NCBI GenBank assembly: GCA_965216565.1 | Contig: OZ244170.1 | Location: 4,960,001 to 5,024,000 of the forward strand | Origin: Bythopirellula sp. | GTDB lineage: Bacteria > Planctomycetota > Planctomycetia > Pirellulales > Lacipirellulaceae | Length of the DNA stretch: 64,000 bases | Reading direction: 5' to 3' | Shown here: one piece after another, positions 39,035 through 47,864 of the stretch | Numbering within the stretch: the first letter of the stretch is position 1 | Layout of the letters: each line of letters starts with the position of its first letter | Program-made: the position numbers and the translations under genes | The notes under the pieces: generated by a model | What the model was told of the DNA's origin: nothing | Databases searched by the model: none | Seen by the model: only the letters and a program-made list of their open reading frames with translations

Positions 39035-41575
39035 ATGATCCGGCAGAATAGAACTCCCTTAGTTCTCATGCTTTGCGTGGTTACGCTGGGCTCGGGTTGC
39101 CAACCAACCCAGCCATTCTTCTTTGCCGCGCATAACAAAGGGGCGAACTCGGGTCATCTGTCTCACTACAAAGACCTTGCCACCGACATCAACTACCCCG
39201 ACGTACATGTCTCGAGCCTCGACGAAGTCTGCGGGGCCCAACAGCCACTCACCCTGGCTAATGCCGAGAACTTCGATATGTGGGACCTCACGCTCGAAGA
39301 GGTCACACGCATCGCTTTGCGAAACAGCCAGGTGATCCGCGAATTGGGCGGACGTATTACCGATAACGGCGCGAACATCGCTCAAAGTACGCCCATCACT
39401 CTGCAGCAAAACGCTGCGGGAGTTACTACCTCGTACGATCCGGCCCTCGTCGAAAGCGGCAACGGCACAGGGACGGGGAGTCCACTCAGCGGCACAGGTG
39501 TTGAAGCTGCGTTGGCAGACTTCGATGCGGTGCTCGACTCCAGCATCACTTGGCAGCTTAACGATCGTCCTCAGAACTTCGGCGTTGCCGGCCTGGGTGA
39601 CTTTTTTGCCCCACTCTTCCAACAAGACCTCGGCATCGCCACCACGGGCATCACAAAAACCACTGCCGACGGTACAACTTTCGACGTGCGTAACAATATC
39701 AACTACGACTGGAACAACAACGGTAGCCGAATTCAGCCGAGCGATTGGTTCACCGAGGTCGAAGCCGGTTTCTCGCGTCCTTTGCTGCAAGGTGCCGGTA
39801 CGCAGTACACACGCATCGCCGGGCCGCAGTCCTTTGCCCAAGCGGCAGGCGGCTTGCCCAATCAAATCGATGGTGTCGTAATTTCTCGGATTCGACTCGA
39901 CATCACGCTGGCCGACTTTGAGTCCAGCATCCGTGATTTTATGCGCGACTTGGAAGACGCCTACTGGGAACTGCAATTCGCCTACCGCGATTTGGAAGCA
40001 ACCAAGATTGGTCGCGACAGTGCCCTGGAAACTTGGAACCGAATCATCGCACTGAAACGCGTCGGCACCACCGGGGGCGAGGCCGACAAAGAGGCTCAAG
40101 CCCGGTCGCAATACTTCCTGTTCCGCAGCCAGGTCGAAACGGCCCTCACTTCGTTGTTCCGCGTCGAAAACCGACTGCGCTACCTGATGGGGATCGCAGC
40201 CACAGACAATCGACTGATTCGACCTGTCGACGATCCCACCACCGCCATGGTGAAATTCGATTGGTGTACAATTCACTCCGAATCGCTCGCCAGAGTCACG
40301 GAACTGCGTCAACAAAAGTGGCAAGTGAAACGCCGCGAACTAGAACTCATCGCCGCCCGCAACCATATGCTACCGCGACTGGATGCCGTGGGCCGCTATC
40401 GTTGGGTAGGTGCCGGCGACAAGTTGATTGATAGCAACGGCACAGGAATTCAGCCATTTGCCGAAGGGTCGAATGCCTTTGAAATTCTCACCGAGGGCAA
40501 CTTCCAAGAGTGGGAATTGGGGCTGCAGTTTTCACTGCCGATTGGTTTCCGCCGGGCACTGTCTGGTGTCAGACATCACCAGTTGCTGCTGGCTAGGGAG
40601 CGTGCGGTTCTGCAGGACCTGGAGCTGGAAGTTTCGCACGGGTTGACCGATGCCGTTCGCGATCTGGATCTTAACTATGGATTGATGAAAACTTACTTCA
40701 ATCGTCGCGTTGCTGCGGAGGACGAAGTTGAGGCCGTCGAAGCGGTTTACGATTCGGGACGCAGCACGCTCGACTTGTTGCTCGACGCCCAGCGACGTCG
40801 CGCCGAGGCTGAATCGCTCTACTTCCGGGCTTTACTGGATTACAATCGGGCTATCATGCGAGTACACTACCGTAAGGGTTCGTTGTTGGAATTCAACGGC
40901 GTCTATCTCGCAGAAGGACCTTGGCCCAACAAAGCACATTTCGATGCTGTGCGGCGTGCTCGCAAGCGACAAGCCGCGCTGCACATGAACTACAAGTACA
41001 CGCGGCCCGATGTTATCAGCCGTGGTCCCTACGAGCAGTTCACCGGCCAAGGTGGTATGTTGCCTTCGCCAATAGTCGCCGAGCCTGAGGGTGAATCCAT
41101 CAACCCGCTCGAACCAATCGGAGACAATGCCGAGCCACAGATTATTCCACTCCCTGAAGAGAACACCAGCGCCGAACCATCCTCCGCCGAGCCATCAACG
41201 CGATTGGAGATTACCCCCGATGATCTGGCTGTACTGCCTTCATCGCACACGCCAGTCAACGAGATTGCACCGGTCAGTTTCGAGCAGCCAGTAGCGCATC
41301 CGCAGAAGAATTTGTTCCGCGAGGTCGTGCAGAACTGGCAGCTAGAAAACGCCAAACCCTTGTCTGGTGAGGCGGGGCAGCACAACGCGGGGCAGTATAA
41401 TGCGGGCCAACCTAACGCAGGCCTAGAATCGACGCTAGAAAACGCCACACCGCTTCCGCTACCGAGCGCCGACGCGTGGGAAACGCCACTACCCTATGCA
41501 AATGAACCTCAAGCGAATCTCACGCCTGCTCCAGCTCCTGCAGACTCTGCAGTCGGGCGAGGGCCAGGACGCTAG
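39035..41575 (+). CDS. TolC-family outer-membrane efflux protein (large lipoprotein form)
   Basis: Lipobox LGSG-C, LTLEEV..IALRNS, E.AYW.L, LP.LD, LQFSLPIG.R, LDLLLDAQRR..AE; about 180-aa P/E/A-rich tail. Confidence 0.88.
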   Translation: MIRQNRTPLVLMLCVVTLGSGCQPTQPFFFAAHNKGANSGHLSHYKDLATDINYPDVHVSSLDEVCGAQQPLTLANAENFDMWDLTLEEVTRIALRNSQVIRELGGRITDNGANIAQSTPITLQQNAAGVTTSYDPALVESGNGTGTGSPLSGTGVEAALADFDAVLDSSITWQLNDRPQNFGVAGLGDFFAPLFQQDLGIATTGITKTTADGTTFDVRNNINYDWNNNGSRIQPSDWFTEVEAGFSRPLLQGAGTQYTRIAGPQSFAQAAGGLPNQIDGVVISRIRLDITLADFESSIRDFMRDLEDAYWELQFAYRDLEATKIGRDSALETWNRIIALKRVGTTGGEADKEAQARSQYFLFRSQVETALTSLFRVENRLRYLMGIAATDNRLIRPVDDPTTAMVKFDWCTIHSESLARVTELRQQKWQVKRRELELIAARNHMLPRLDAVGRYRWVGAGDKLIDSNGTGIQPFAEGSNAFEILTEGNFQEWELGLQFSLPIGFRRALSGVRHHQLLLARERAVLQDLELEVSHGLTDAVRDLDLNYGLMKTYFNRRVAAEDEVEAVEAVYDSGRSTLDLLLDAQRRRAEAESLYFRALLDYNRAIMRVHYRKGSLLEFNGVYLAEGPWPNKAHFDAVRRARKRQAALHMNYKYTRPDVISRGPYEQFTGQGGMLPSPIVAEPEGESINPLEPIGDNAEPQIIPLPEENTSAEPSSAEPSTRLEITPDDLAVLPSSHTPVNEIAPVSFEQPVAHPQKNLFREVVQNWQLENAKPLSGEAGQHNAGQYNAGQPNAGLESTLENATPLPLPSADAWETPLPYANEPQANLTPAPAPADSAVGRGPGR

Positions 41576-42488
41576 CGGACTGGCGAAAAAATGCGGCGTC
41601 ACCCGTCGTACCATCTTTCGAGATCTCGCCACCTTGCGAGAAGCGGGCGTCCCGCTGTCGTTCGACGAAGATTCGCAACGCTACACGATAGCCAGTTCGT
41701 TTTTTCTGCCACCGACCAACTTCACCGCAGCCGAGGCGCTATCGATTATCGGTTTGGCCAACCAGGTAGGTGGTCGTCAGCAAATTCCCTTCAACGAAGC
41801 GGCACGGTCCGCCGCCATCAAGCTCGAAAGCAGCTTGCCACACGCTCTCCGCGAAGAGCTGTCGGCAGTGAATAAGTCGATCCGCATCGATCTCGATCCC
41901 GTCAGCGACCTGACCGACAAAGAGCAGTTCTACCAGTCGTTTGTCGACTCAATCACTAGCGGCACTGTGCTCAAAGCTACTTACGAGAGCCTTACGGAAT
42001 GGGAGACGATCGAGACCAAACTGCGGCCCTACCGGCTGCTGTTTAGCCGACGGAGTTGGTACGTCGTGGGCCGTAGCAGTTTGCACAGGGAAGTCCGCAC
42101 CTTCAATCTGGCTAGATTCACCTCCCTAGAGACCACCAGACAAAGCTACAAGATTCCCAAGAGCTTCAGCCTCAAAAAATATCTGGGCAATGCTTGGCAC
42201 CTGGTTCCCGAGCCTGGGCCCGACCATCAGGTGGTGGTTCGTTTCCAGCCGCTGGTGGCTCAGAATGTCGCTGAAGTCGTCTGGCATAAAACTCAGCAGG
42301 TGCAGACGCTCGACGACGATTGCCTGGAGTTTCGCGCCACAGTCTCGGGGCTCAACGAAATCGCCTGGTGGATTCTCGGCTACGGCGATCAGGCCGAAGT
42401 GCTCAAGCCAGCCAAGCTGCGGAAGCTCGTCGCCCATCGGTCGGCCAACATGCACGCGATGTACAACGGTAAGACCAAGAAAAAGTAA
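41502..42488 (+). CDS. HTH-WYL domain transcriptional regulator (YafY/PafBC-like)
   Basis: N-terminal HTH LA..CGVTRRTIFRDL..L, WYL domain PY.L......WYVVG......VRTF.L.R, C-terminal WCX WILGYG..AEVL.P..LR. Confidence 0.93.
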   Translation: MNLKRISRLLQLLQTLQSGEGQDASGLAKKCGVTRRTIFRDLATLREAGVPLSFDEDSQRYTIASSFFLPPTNFTAAEALSIIGLANQVGGRQQIPFNEAARSAAIKLESSLPHALREELSAVNKSIRIDLDPVSDLTDKEQFYQSFVDSITSGTVLKATYESLTEWETIETKLRPYRLLFSRRSWYVVGRSSLHREVRTFNLARFTSLETTRQSYKIPKSFSLKKYLGNAWHLVPEPGPDHQVVVRFQPLVAQNVAEVVWHKTQQVQTLDDDCLEFRATVSGLNEIAWWILGYGDQAEVLKPAKLRKLVAHRSANMHAMYNGKTKKK

Positions 42489-42564
42489 GGGTTTCCGTCG
42501 GACGCGTTGGCAGGGTACAAAAGAGGGGCTCAATTCACCGCACTCACCCACATCCAGCGTCCCT

Positions 42565-43179
42565 ATGTTTTTCTCGCTCGACGGCATTGATGGAGTTGGC
42601 AAGTCGACGCAGATGCAGCTCTTCTGCGACTGGCTGGCTGATCAGGGCCGAATGGTCGTCACCTGCCGCGATCCGGGCAGCACGCCGTTGGGAGAACGCG
42701 TCCGGGAGATCTTGCTGGACAGCGACGACCAGACCCCCATCGCTGCCCGCAGCGAAATGCTGCTCTACATGGCAGCGCGAGCACAGCTTGTCGACCAAGT
42801 GATCCGCCCCGCTTTGGAAAAGGGCGCCACGGTCGTTTCTGATCGGTTTCTCCTGGCAAACATCGTCTATCAAGGTTATGCCGGCGGGCTCGATGTCGAG
42901 GCCGTCCGCAGTGTCGGTCGCGTTGCAACCGAGGGGCTGATGCCCGACTGTGTCTTTTTACTGGACATGTCTCCCGAAGTCGCCAGGCAACGCATGGGCG
43001 ACGAACTCGACCGCGTTGAAAGCCGGGGCGACCAGTACCGCGAGAAGCTTCGCCAGGGATTCTTAGACGAGGCCGCGCAGTGGGGAGATACCGTCCACCG
43101 CATCGACGCCGATCAAGATATTGAGGACGTCCAAAGCCAAATCCGCAAAATCGCTGCGACCATCTTGGCTAGCCGTTAG
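42565..43179 (+). CDS. tmk: Thymidylate kinase
   Basis: FFSLDGIDGVGKSTQ, RDPG, LLYMAARAQ, VSDRF....VYQG, DRVE. Confidence 0.95.
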   Translation: MFFSLDGIDGVGKSTQMQLFCDWLADQGRMVVTCRDPGSTPLGERVREILLDSDDQTPIAARSEMLLYMAARAQLVDQVIRPALEKGATVVSDRFLLANIVYQGYAGGLDVEAVRSVGRVATEGLMPDCVFLLDMSPEVARQRMGDELDRVESRGDQYREKLRQGFLDEAAQWGDTVHRIDADQDIEDVQSQIRKIAATILASR

Positions 43180-43202
43180 TTTTTTTGAATTTTTGGCGAA
43201 CC

Positions 43203-43631
43203 ATGTTTTCGATCACCACGCACGACGATTGCCCCGCTGACGAATCCGCAATCATCGATCAAGGAATGGACGATTCGAACCATGCGAGCGCGCCACTTCA
43301 CGAAGTTGTCCCAATCTCGTGTATAGCCAAATCAGATGAAGGCGAAGTTATCGGCGGTATTCTCGGACGTCGGTGGGGACAGTGCTGCGAGGTACAGCAA
43401 CTGTGGGTCGCCCCTGCGCATCGCCACCAAGGATTGGGCACGGCGTTGCTCAATGCTTTCGAAGCTCACGCCGAACAGTCCGGCTGCATCAGTATTCATT
43501 TGGAAACCTTTAGCTTCCAGTTGCCCGCACTCTACAAGAAGCAGGGCTATCAGGTTAAGTTCGAACAGAAAACATTCCCGCACGGGATTGTGAAATTCCA
43601 CATGGCTAAGCATTTGGCAGCGAGCGACTGA
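43203..43631 (+). CDS. GNAT family N-acetyltransferase
   Basis: LWV...HRHQGLGT.LL (motif A) and LETFSFQ...LYKK.GY. Confidence 0.9.
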   Translation: MFSITTHDDCPADESAIIDQGMDDSNHASAPLHEVVPISCIAKSDEGEVIGGILGRRWGQCCEVQQLWVAPAHRHQGLGTALLNAFEAHAEQSGCISIHLETFSFQLPALYKKQGYQVKFEQKTFPHGIVKFHMAKHLAASD

Positions 43632-43736
43632 AGGTTGGGCAACGTCCGCGTGCCACGAGTACTCTCTGTGCTTAACTGAAAAAGCTCGCCACGAAGGCGA
43701 TAGCTACAGCAACCCTCAATTGCTAAATTGGAGTGC

Positions 43737-45419
43737 ATGAGCGCAGATTCTCAACCGCCAGATCCCCTGTCATTAGACGATACCGCCCTACCCTGCTCTG
43801 CCACCATCACCAGCCGCGAGCAGGCGATTGATTTTCTCCTGGGACGCATCAATTTCGAAAGAACTCCTTCGGTTCCTTACGGTGAACGTCAACTGAAGCT
43901 CGACCGGATGCGGCAGTTGCTTAATCGTTTGGGGAGTCCCGATGCGGGGCTGCCTATTGTTCATGTGGCGGGGACGAAAGGCAAAGGTAGTACGTCGGCA
44001 CTGGTTGCGGCCATTCTCGCGGAAGCTGGGTACGATGCCGGGCTGTTCAGTTCGCCGCACTTGGAAGCGATTGAAGAACGCTTTGCTATCAATGGTCAGG
44101 CGATCGCTGCCTCGGAGTTGGTGACGCTCACCGAACGATTGCGGCCTGTCGTCGAGGCGATGGACCGTGAAGCGGCCGAGCAGGCAGACGATTCGCTGAG
44201 TCCCACCTATTTCGAACTCACCACCGCTTTGGCACTCATGCACTTTGCCGAGCGGGGCGTCGACCTGGCTGTGCTAGAAGTGGGGCTGGGAGGCCGGCTC
44301 GACTCGACCAACGTTTGCCAGCCAGTGGTGTCGGTGATTACCAGCATCAGCTTCGATCACACGAAACAACTGGGCAACACGCTGGCGGAAATCGCCGGCG
44401 AGAAGGCAGGCATCATCAAGCCGGGCGTTCCTGTGCTGTGCGGTCCGATGCTCCCCGAACCCCAAGAGGTAATTGCCGGCGTGGCACGCCAACATGGCTC
44501 CCGACTGATTGTGGCAGGAGAGGATTTTGAGTTCGACTACCAGATTGGGCCAGTTGCCGAAGACAACGCACACCGGGGTCAGATCGCATTTCGATCGCGA
44601 GATCGTGAGGAGCTATTCGAACTATCTCCCACACCCTTAGGTATGCTGGGCGAACATCAGGGGGCCAACGCCGCACTAGCACTGGCGACGATCATCGAGC
44701 TTCGCCACCAGGGCTGGCTAGTTTCAAGCGAAGCCATGCGGCTGGGGCTTGCTCAGCATTCGCTACCAGCACGTGTGGAGGTAATTTGCCGACGTCCCAC
44801 GGTGATACTCGACGTGGCGCACAATGTGGCAGCCGCCGAAGCATTGGCTGAGGTGCTTCAATCTCACTTCCCTACCACCGAGAGGACTCTCCTCTTGGCG
44901 GCGACTCGGGAAAAAGATGTGGCGGGAATCGCTCGGGTGCTGGTTCCGCACTTCCAGCATATCGTCGTCACTGAATATGTTGAAAATCCCCGGGCGGTGC
45001 CGACAGCCCGGTTGGCTGAGATTGTTGAGGCAGAAGTGCTGCGGCTCAAGGAGACTGACGCGTTTACATCTGGTTCCAAAACTGTTGAGCCGAACGAGCA
45101 AGTTGTAAATCCGCGGAGGCGGGCGTCGAGTATTCTCGAAACTGAGCCAAAACCTGGGCAACCCGCGGCTAGCGCCGTCGGCTCAGAATCTTCAGATCAA
45201 AATCTAAATTTCGGTATTCTAAAGGTTCAGCAGGAAGCAGATCCCCGGCTTGCTTGGCAAATGGTGCAAGCCACACTCCATCGAGAGAGTCTGGCTTGCG
45301 TGACGGGTTCGTTTTTTATCGCTGCAGAGCTACGTCCGGTCTTACTCGCCACCTGTGGCGAAGACTTCGGCCCGGGGGACGAACCCGTCGAGCCACAACC
45401 AGAACCAGGCAACAACTAA
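43737..45419 (+). CDS. folC: Folylpolyglutamate synthase/dihydrofolate synthase with a C-terminal insertion
   Basis: HVAGTKGKGST, SSPHL...ER, EVGLGGRLDSTN, EKAGIIK, DVAHN, VTGSFF. Confidence 0.93.
   Translation: MSADSQPPDPLSLDDTALPCSATITSREQAIDFLLGRINFERTPSVPYGERQLKLDRMRQLLNRLGSPDAGLPIVHVAGTKGKGSTSALVAAILAEAGYDAGLFSSPHLEAIEERFAINGQAIAASELVTLTERLRPVVEAMDREAAEQADDSLSPTYFELTTALALMHFAERGVDLAVLEVGLGGRLDSTNVCQPVVSVITSISFDHTKQLGNTLAEIAGEKAGIIKPGVPVLCGPMLPEPQEVIAGVARQHGSRLIVAGEDFEFDYQIGPVAEDNAHRGQIAFRSRDREELFELSPTPLGMLGEHQGANAALALATIIELRHQGWLVSSEAMRLGLAQHSLPARVEVICRRPTVILDVAHNVAAAEALAEVLQSHFPTTERTLLLAATREKDVAGIARVLVPHFQHIVVTEYVENPRAVPTARLAEIVEAEVLRLKETDAFTSGSKTVEPNEQVVNPRRRASSILETEPKPGQPAASAVGSESSDQNLNFGILKVQQEADPRLAWQMVQATLHRESLACVTGSFFIAAELRPVLLATCGEDFGPGDEPVEPQPEPGNN
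45161..45185. repeat. Family B REP copy inside the folC coding sequence
   Basis: Identical to 2306-2330. A degenerate inverted partner begins TGAGCCGA at 45086. Confidence 0.75.
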
Positions 45420-45561
45420 GATAGGTAAGCATGTCGACTCCGTTTGACATGGGGGTGATGGTGAAACACTTGAGTAAGCCGACTTGTCCTCGAGTCGGTT
45501 TGATGTGGGTTATCGTTTCTCGATTTCGAACTAACTGAATTCTTGCGAATCCAGCTACCTC

Positions 45562-45867
45562 TTAACTTGTGCGTTCTTCCTGAACCGTAAACCGGGGTTG
45601 GTCGGCCCACTCTTCTTCGGTTTCGATGATCGGACTCGGTGGTTCCAAGTCAGCTTTCAAAGTCGACGCCGTGTTCCAGTTGTTCTTGCTGATGCGTTCG
45701 CTGCGAACTTCGTTCTGCAAGTTAGAAACCAAACGAGCAATATAAGGATCGGCCCAAGGCAGCAAATCGCTGGGGCGTGCTAAGCGATTGGAAGTCCGCT
45801 CGGCAAGCGTAGGTACGCGGACAATCGTGCAATAAACTTTCTTTGCGTCTTCTCGTGGAGCAACCAT
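45562..45867 (-). CDS. Small hypothetical protein (101 aa)
   Basis: ATG start with GGGAG RBS in an otherwise empty 860-bp gap; LPWADPYIARLV segment. Confidence 0.55.
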   Translation of the reverse strand: MVAPREDAKKVYCTIVRVPTLAERTSNRLARPSDLLPWADPYIARLVSNLQNEVRSERISKNNWNTASTLKADLEPPSPIIETEEEWADQPRFTVQEERTS

Positions 45868-46278
45868 GATTCGTTTCTCTCCCTGGGCGCTAGCGGCCCT
45901 ATGTTGATAAGTTCTATGGATAAGATTCTTAGAAAAGAGGCTTCTTGTTGTCCAAGCCGTACATCCCTTGGCCTTGAACCGAACAAGCGAGCCTACGAAT
46001 AGTTCACTGCGGGAGCGAACTCTTCGCCGTGACTAGCCTCCGCATGTCACATGGTTTTGTGTTAATGCAGGTGGCGTGCCAAACCCTGATTTGGCCGCGG
46101 AGAGCACCGCACGAAATAGGCGGAAAGCCATATGAATTAAGGGTTTACGTATTTTTGCGAGGTCCAGCGCAGGCAGAATGCGGCATCCGGTTTTGGCTGC
46201 CAGGGAGAGAAGATTTTTCAACCCCGTTGCAAAGGCAAAAATCTTTGAGGATTGGGTAAAGTTACCCGATCGATTTAC

Positions 46279-47604
46279 CTAGTGGAGCTGCTTCACGAGC
46301 GCCGCGATTGCCAGGTCTAATGCCTCGTCGGAATACTCTGCCGGTGGCTTGCCATCCTCGGCATCCACCTGATCGACGACCGGGCCGTTCGACTTGTTCC
46401 CAAACAAATTGCGCCGGCGCCGGTAACGTTGCCAATCCTGATATTGCTTGTCGTCGAGAACGACTTCAAAACCTTTGTCGGGCTTCACACCCCAGTCATC
46501 GCTCTCACTGGCGTTTTTCATGCGATGAATATTCTTGCCACTGGGTCGCCAATAAGTGGCAGTCGTTAATTTGAGCAAACTGCGACCCGCCTCCAACCGC
46601 AGCAAACTTTGAACCGTGCCTTTGCCATAGGTGCGCTGCCCGATTATGACCGCGCGGCCATAGTCTTGTAAGCAAGCTGCGAGAATCTCACTGGCACTGG
46701 CGCTTTGCTGATTGATTAGCACGGCGAGAGGTATGTCTGTAAATCCACCCCGCCCGGTCGAAACGAATCGCTCGGCGGTGGTGCCATCTCGACCTCGAAT
46801 GGTGACGATTTGTTTTCCCGCCCTCAGAAATAACTCTGTCATCCCCACCGCGGCATCGAGCGCTCCGCCCGCATTGTCGCGCACGTCGAGAATAAGGGCT
46901 TTCATCCCCTGCTGTTTCATCGCCGCCAGGGTGCGGATCATTTCCTCTTCGGTTTTCTCACCGAATTGATTGATTTGCATATAGCCGATGCGAGGATCGC
47001 TATCGAGCAAATATTCCCATTCGTTTTTTTCATTGCGGATGTAGCCGAAGATGGAATCGACCATGATCATCGCTCGCGTGAGGCTGACCTTGATCGGCTC
47101 GTCGGCATCGAGACGTTTCAGTTCGAGCTCGACAGGTTCTCCCACTGGACCGCGCATTTTGGTGAGAATCCCGAGCATGTCCATACCTTCGGTGGACTCG
47201 GAATCGATGGCCACAATGCGATCGCCGGAGCGAACGTCTGCCGCATAGGCAGGTGTGCCTGGTTCCGGAGGCCCAAGCACCGTTGGCAGAGGGGGCTTGC
47301 CCAACATGCGAATCCTCACCCCGACTCCGCCGAACTGTTGGGAAAGATCTTCTTGGAATGCGTCGCGTTGCTCTTGGTCAACGAACCAGGAATGCTCGTC
47401 GCCCTGCTCGTTGAGCACCGAGACCATCCCGCGCATGGCACCTTCGAAGAGATCTTGATCGGGAATCTCCTCCAGGGCACGGCGATCGATGACCGAATAG
47501 CCAGCCGAGACAAATCGAGCGTAAGGATTTTGCTCGGCACGGACATGACAGGCGTAAGCGATGATCCCGCAGGAAAGCAGCAAGAACATGTTGCGTCGCG
47601 ACAT
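46279..47604 (-). CDS. S41 family carboxy-terminal processing protease (CtpA/Prc-like)
   Basis: PDZ FGGVGV, LILDVRDNAGG, SASASEI (catalytic Ser), GKGTVQ (Lys); signal peptide from MSRRN. Confidence 0.93.
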   Translation of the reverse strand: MSRRNMFLLLSCGIIAYACHVRAEQNPYARFVSAGYSVIDRRALEEIPDQDLFEGAMRGMVSVLNEQGDEHSWFVDQEQRDAFQEDLSQQFGGVGVRIRMLGKPPLPTVLGPPEPGTPAYAADVRSGDRIVAIDSESTEGMDMLGILTKMRGPVGEPVELELKRLDADEPIKVSLTRAMIMVDSIFGYIRNEKNEWEYLLDSDPRIGYMQINQFGEKTEEEMIRTLAAMKQQGMKALILDVRDNAGGALDAAVGMTELFLRAGKQIVTIRGRDGTTAERFVSTGRGGFTDIPLAVLINQQSASASEILAACLQDYGRAVIIGQRTYGKGTVQSLLRLEAGRSLLKLTTATYWRPSGKNIHRMKNASESDDWGVKPDKGFEVVLDDKQYQDWQRYRRRRNLFGNKSNGPVVDQVDAEDGKPPAEYSDEALDLAIAALVKQLH

Positions 47605-47695
47605 TGGTGCCTTCCCTTCTGAAGCGAGTGAACCGAGGAGAAATGACTGAGGCCGTTCGGGAATTGCGAAAGGAACCCACAACTGCGAAGCGTTC

Positions 47696-47755
47696 TGTCA
47701 CGCCGAGGTCTGCCGAGGGGTCTAGCCAGATTCCTCGGCAGACCTCGGAATGACA
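47696..47755. repeat. Palindromic element family D (short-loop copy)
   Basis: TGTCA...TGACA enclosing perfect 16-bp arms CCGAGGTCTGCCGAGG/CCTCGGCAGACCTCGG. Confidence 0.8.
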
Positions 47756-47864
47756 GCTACTGACGTGGCTGAGTGGGTGAGTATCGATATCACAACCACC
47801 CGCGGGCCAAACTTCTCGAATCCCTTGGTGCCTATCAAAGTTCTTAAATTGGTGCCAAGAGATT

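Noticed and set aside
39059..40324. 421-aa ORF antisense to TolC (and similar long antisense ORFs over ychF, clpP, gap, panB, tig)
   Set aside because: These are shadow ORFs of strongly codon-biased GC-rich genes, with no recognisable motifs or RBS.
41502..42488. WYL gene as a marker of an anti-phage defence island
   Set aside because: No restriction, BREX, CBASS, toxin or nuclease genes lie nearby; the context is core metabolism.
42190..42564. Apparent N-terminal fusion on tmk
   Set aside because: It overlaps the WYL gene in another frame, and Tmk homology begins at ATG 42565.
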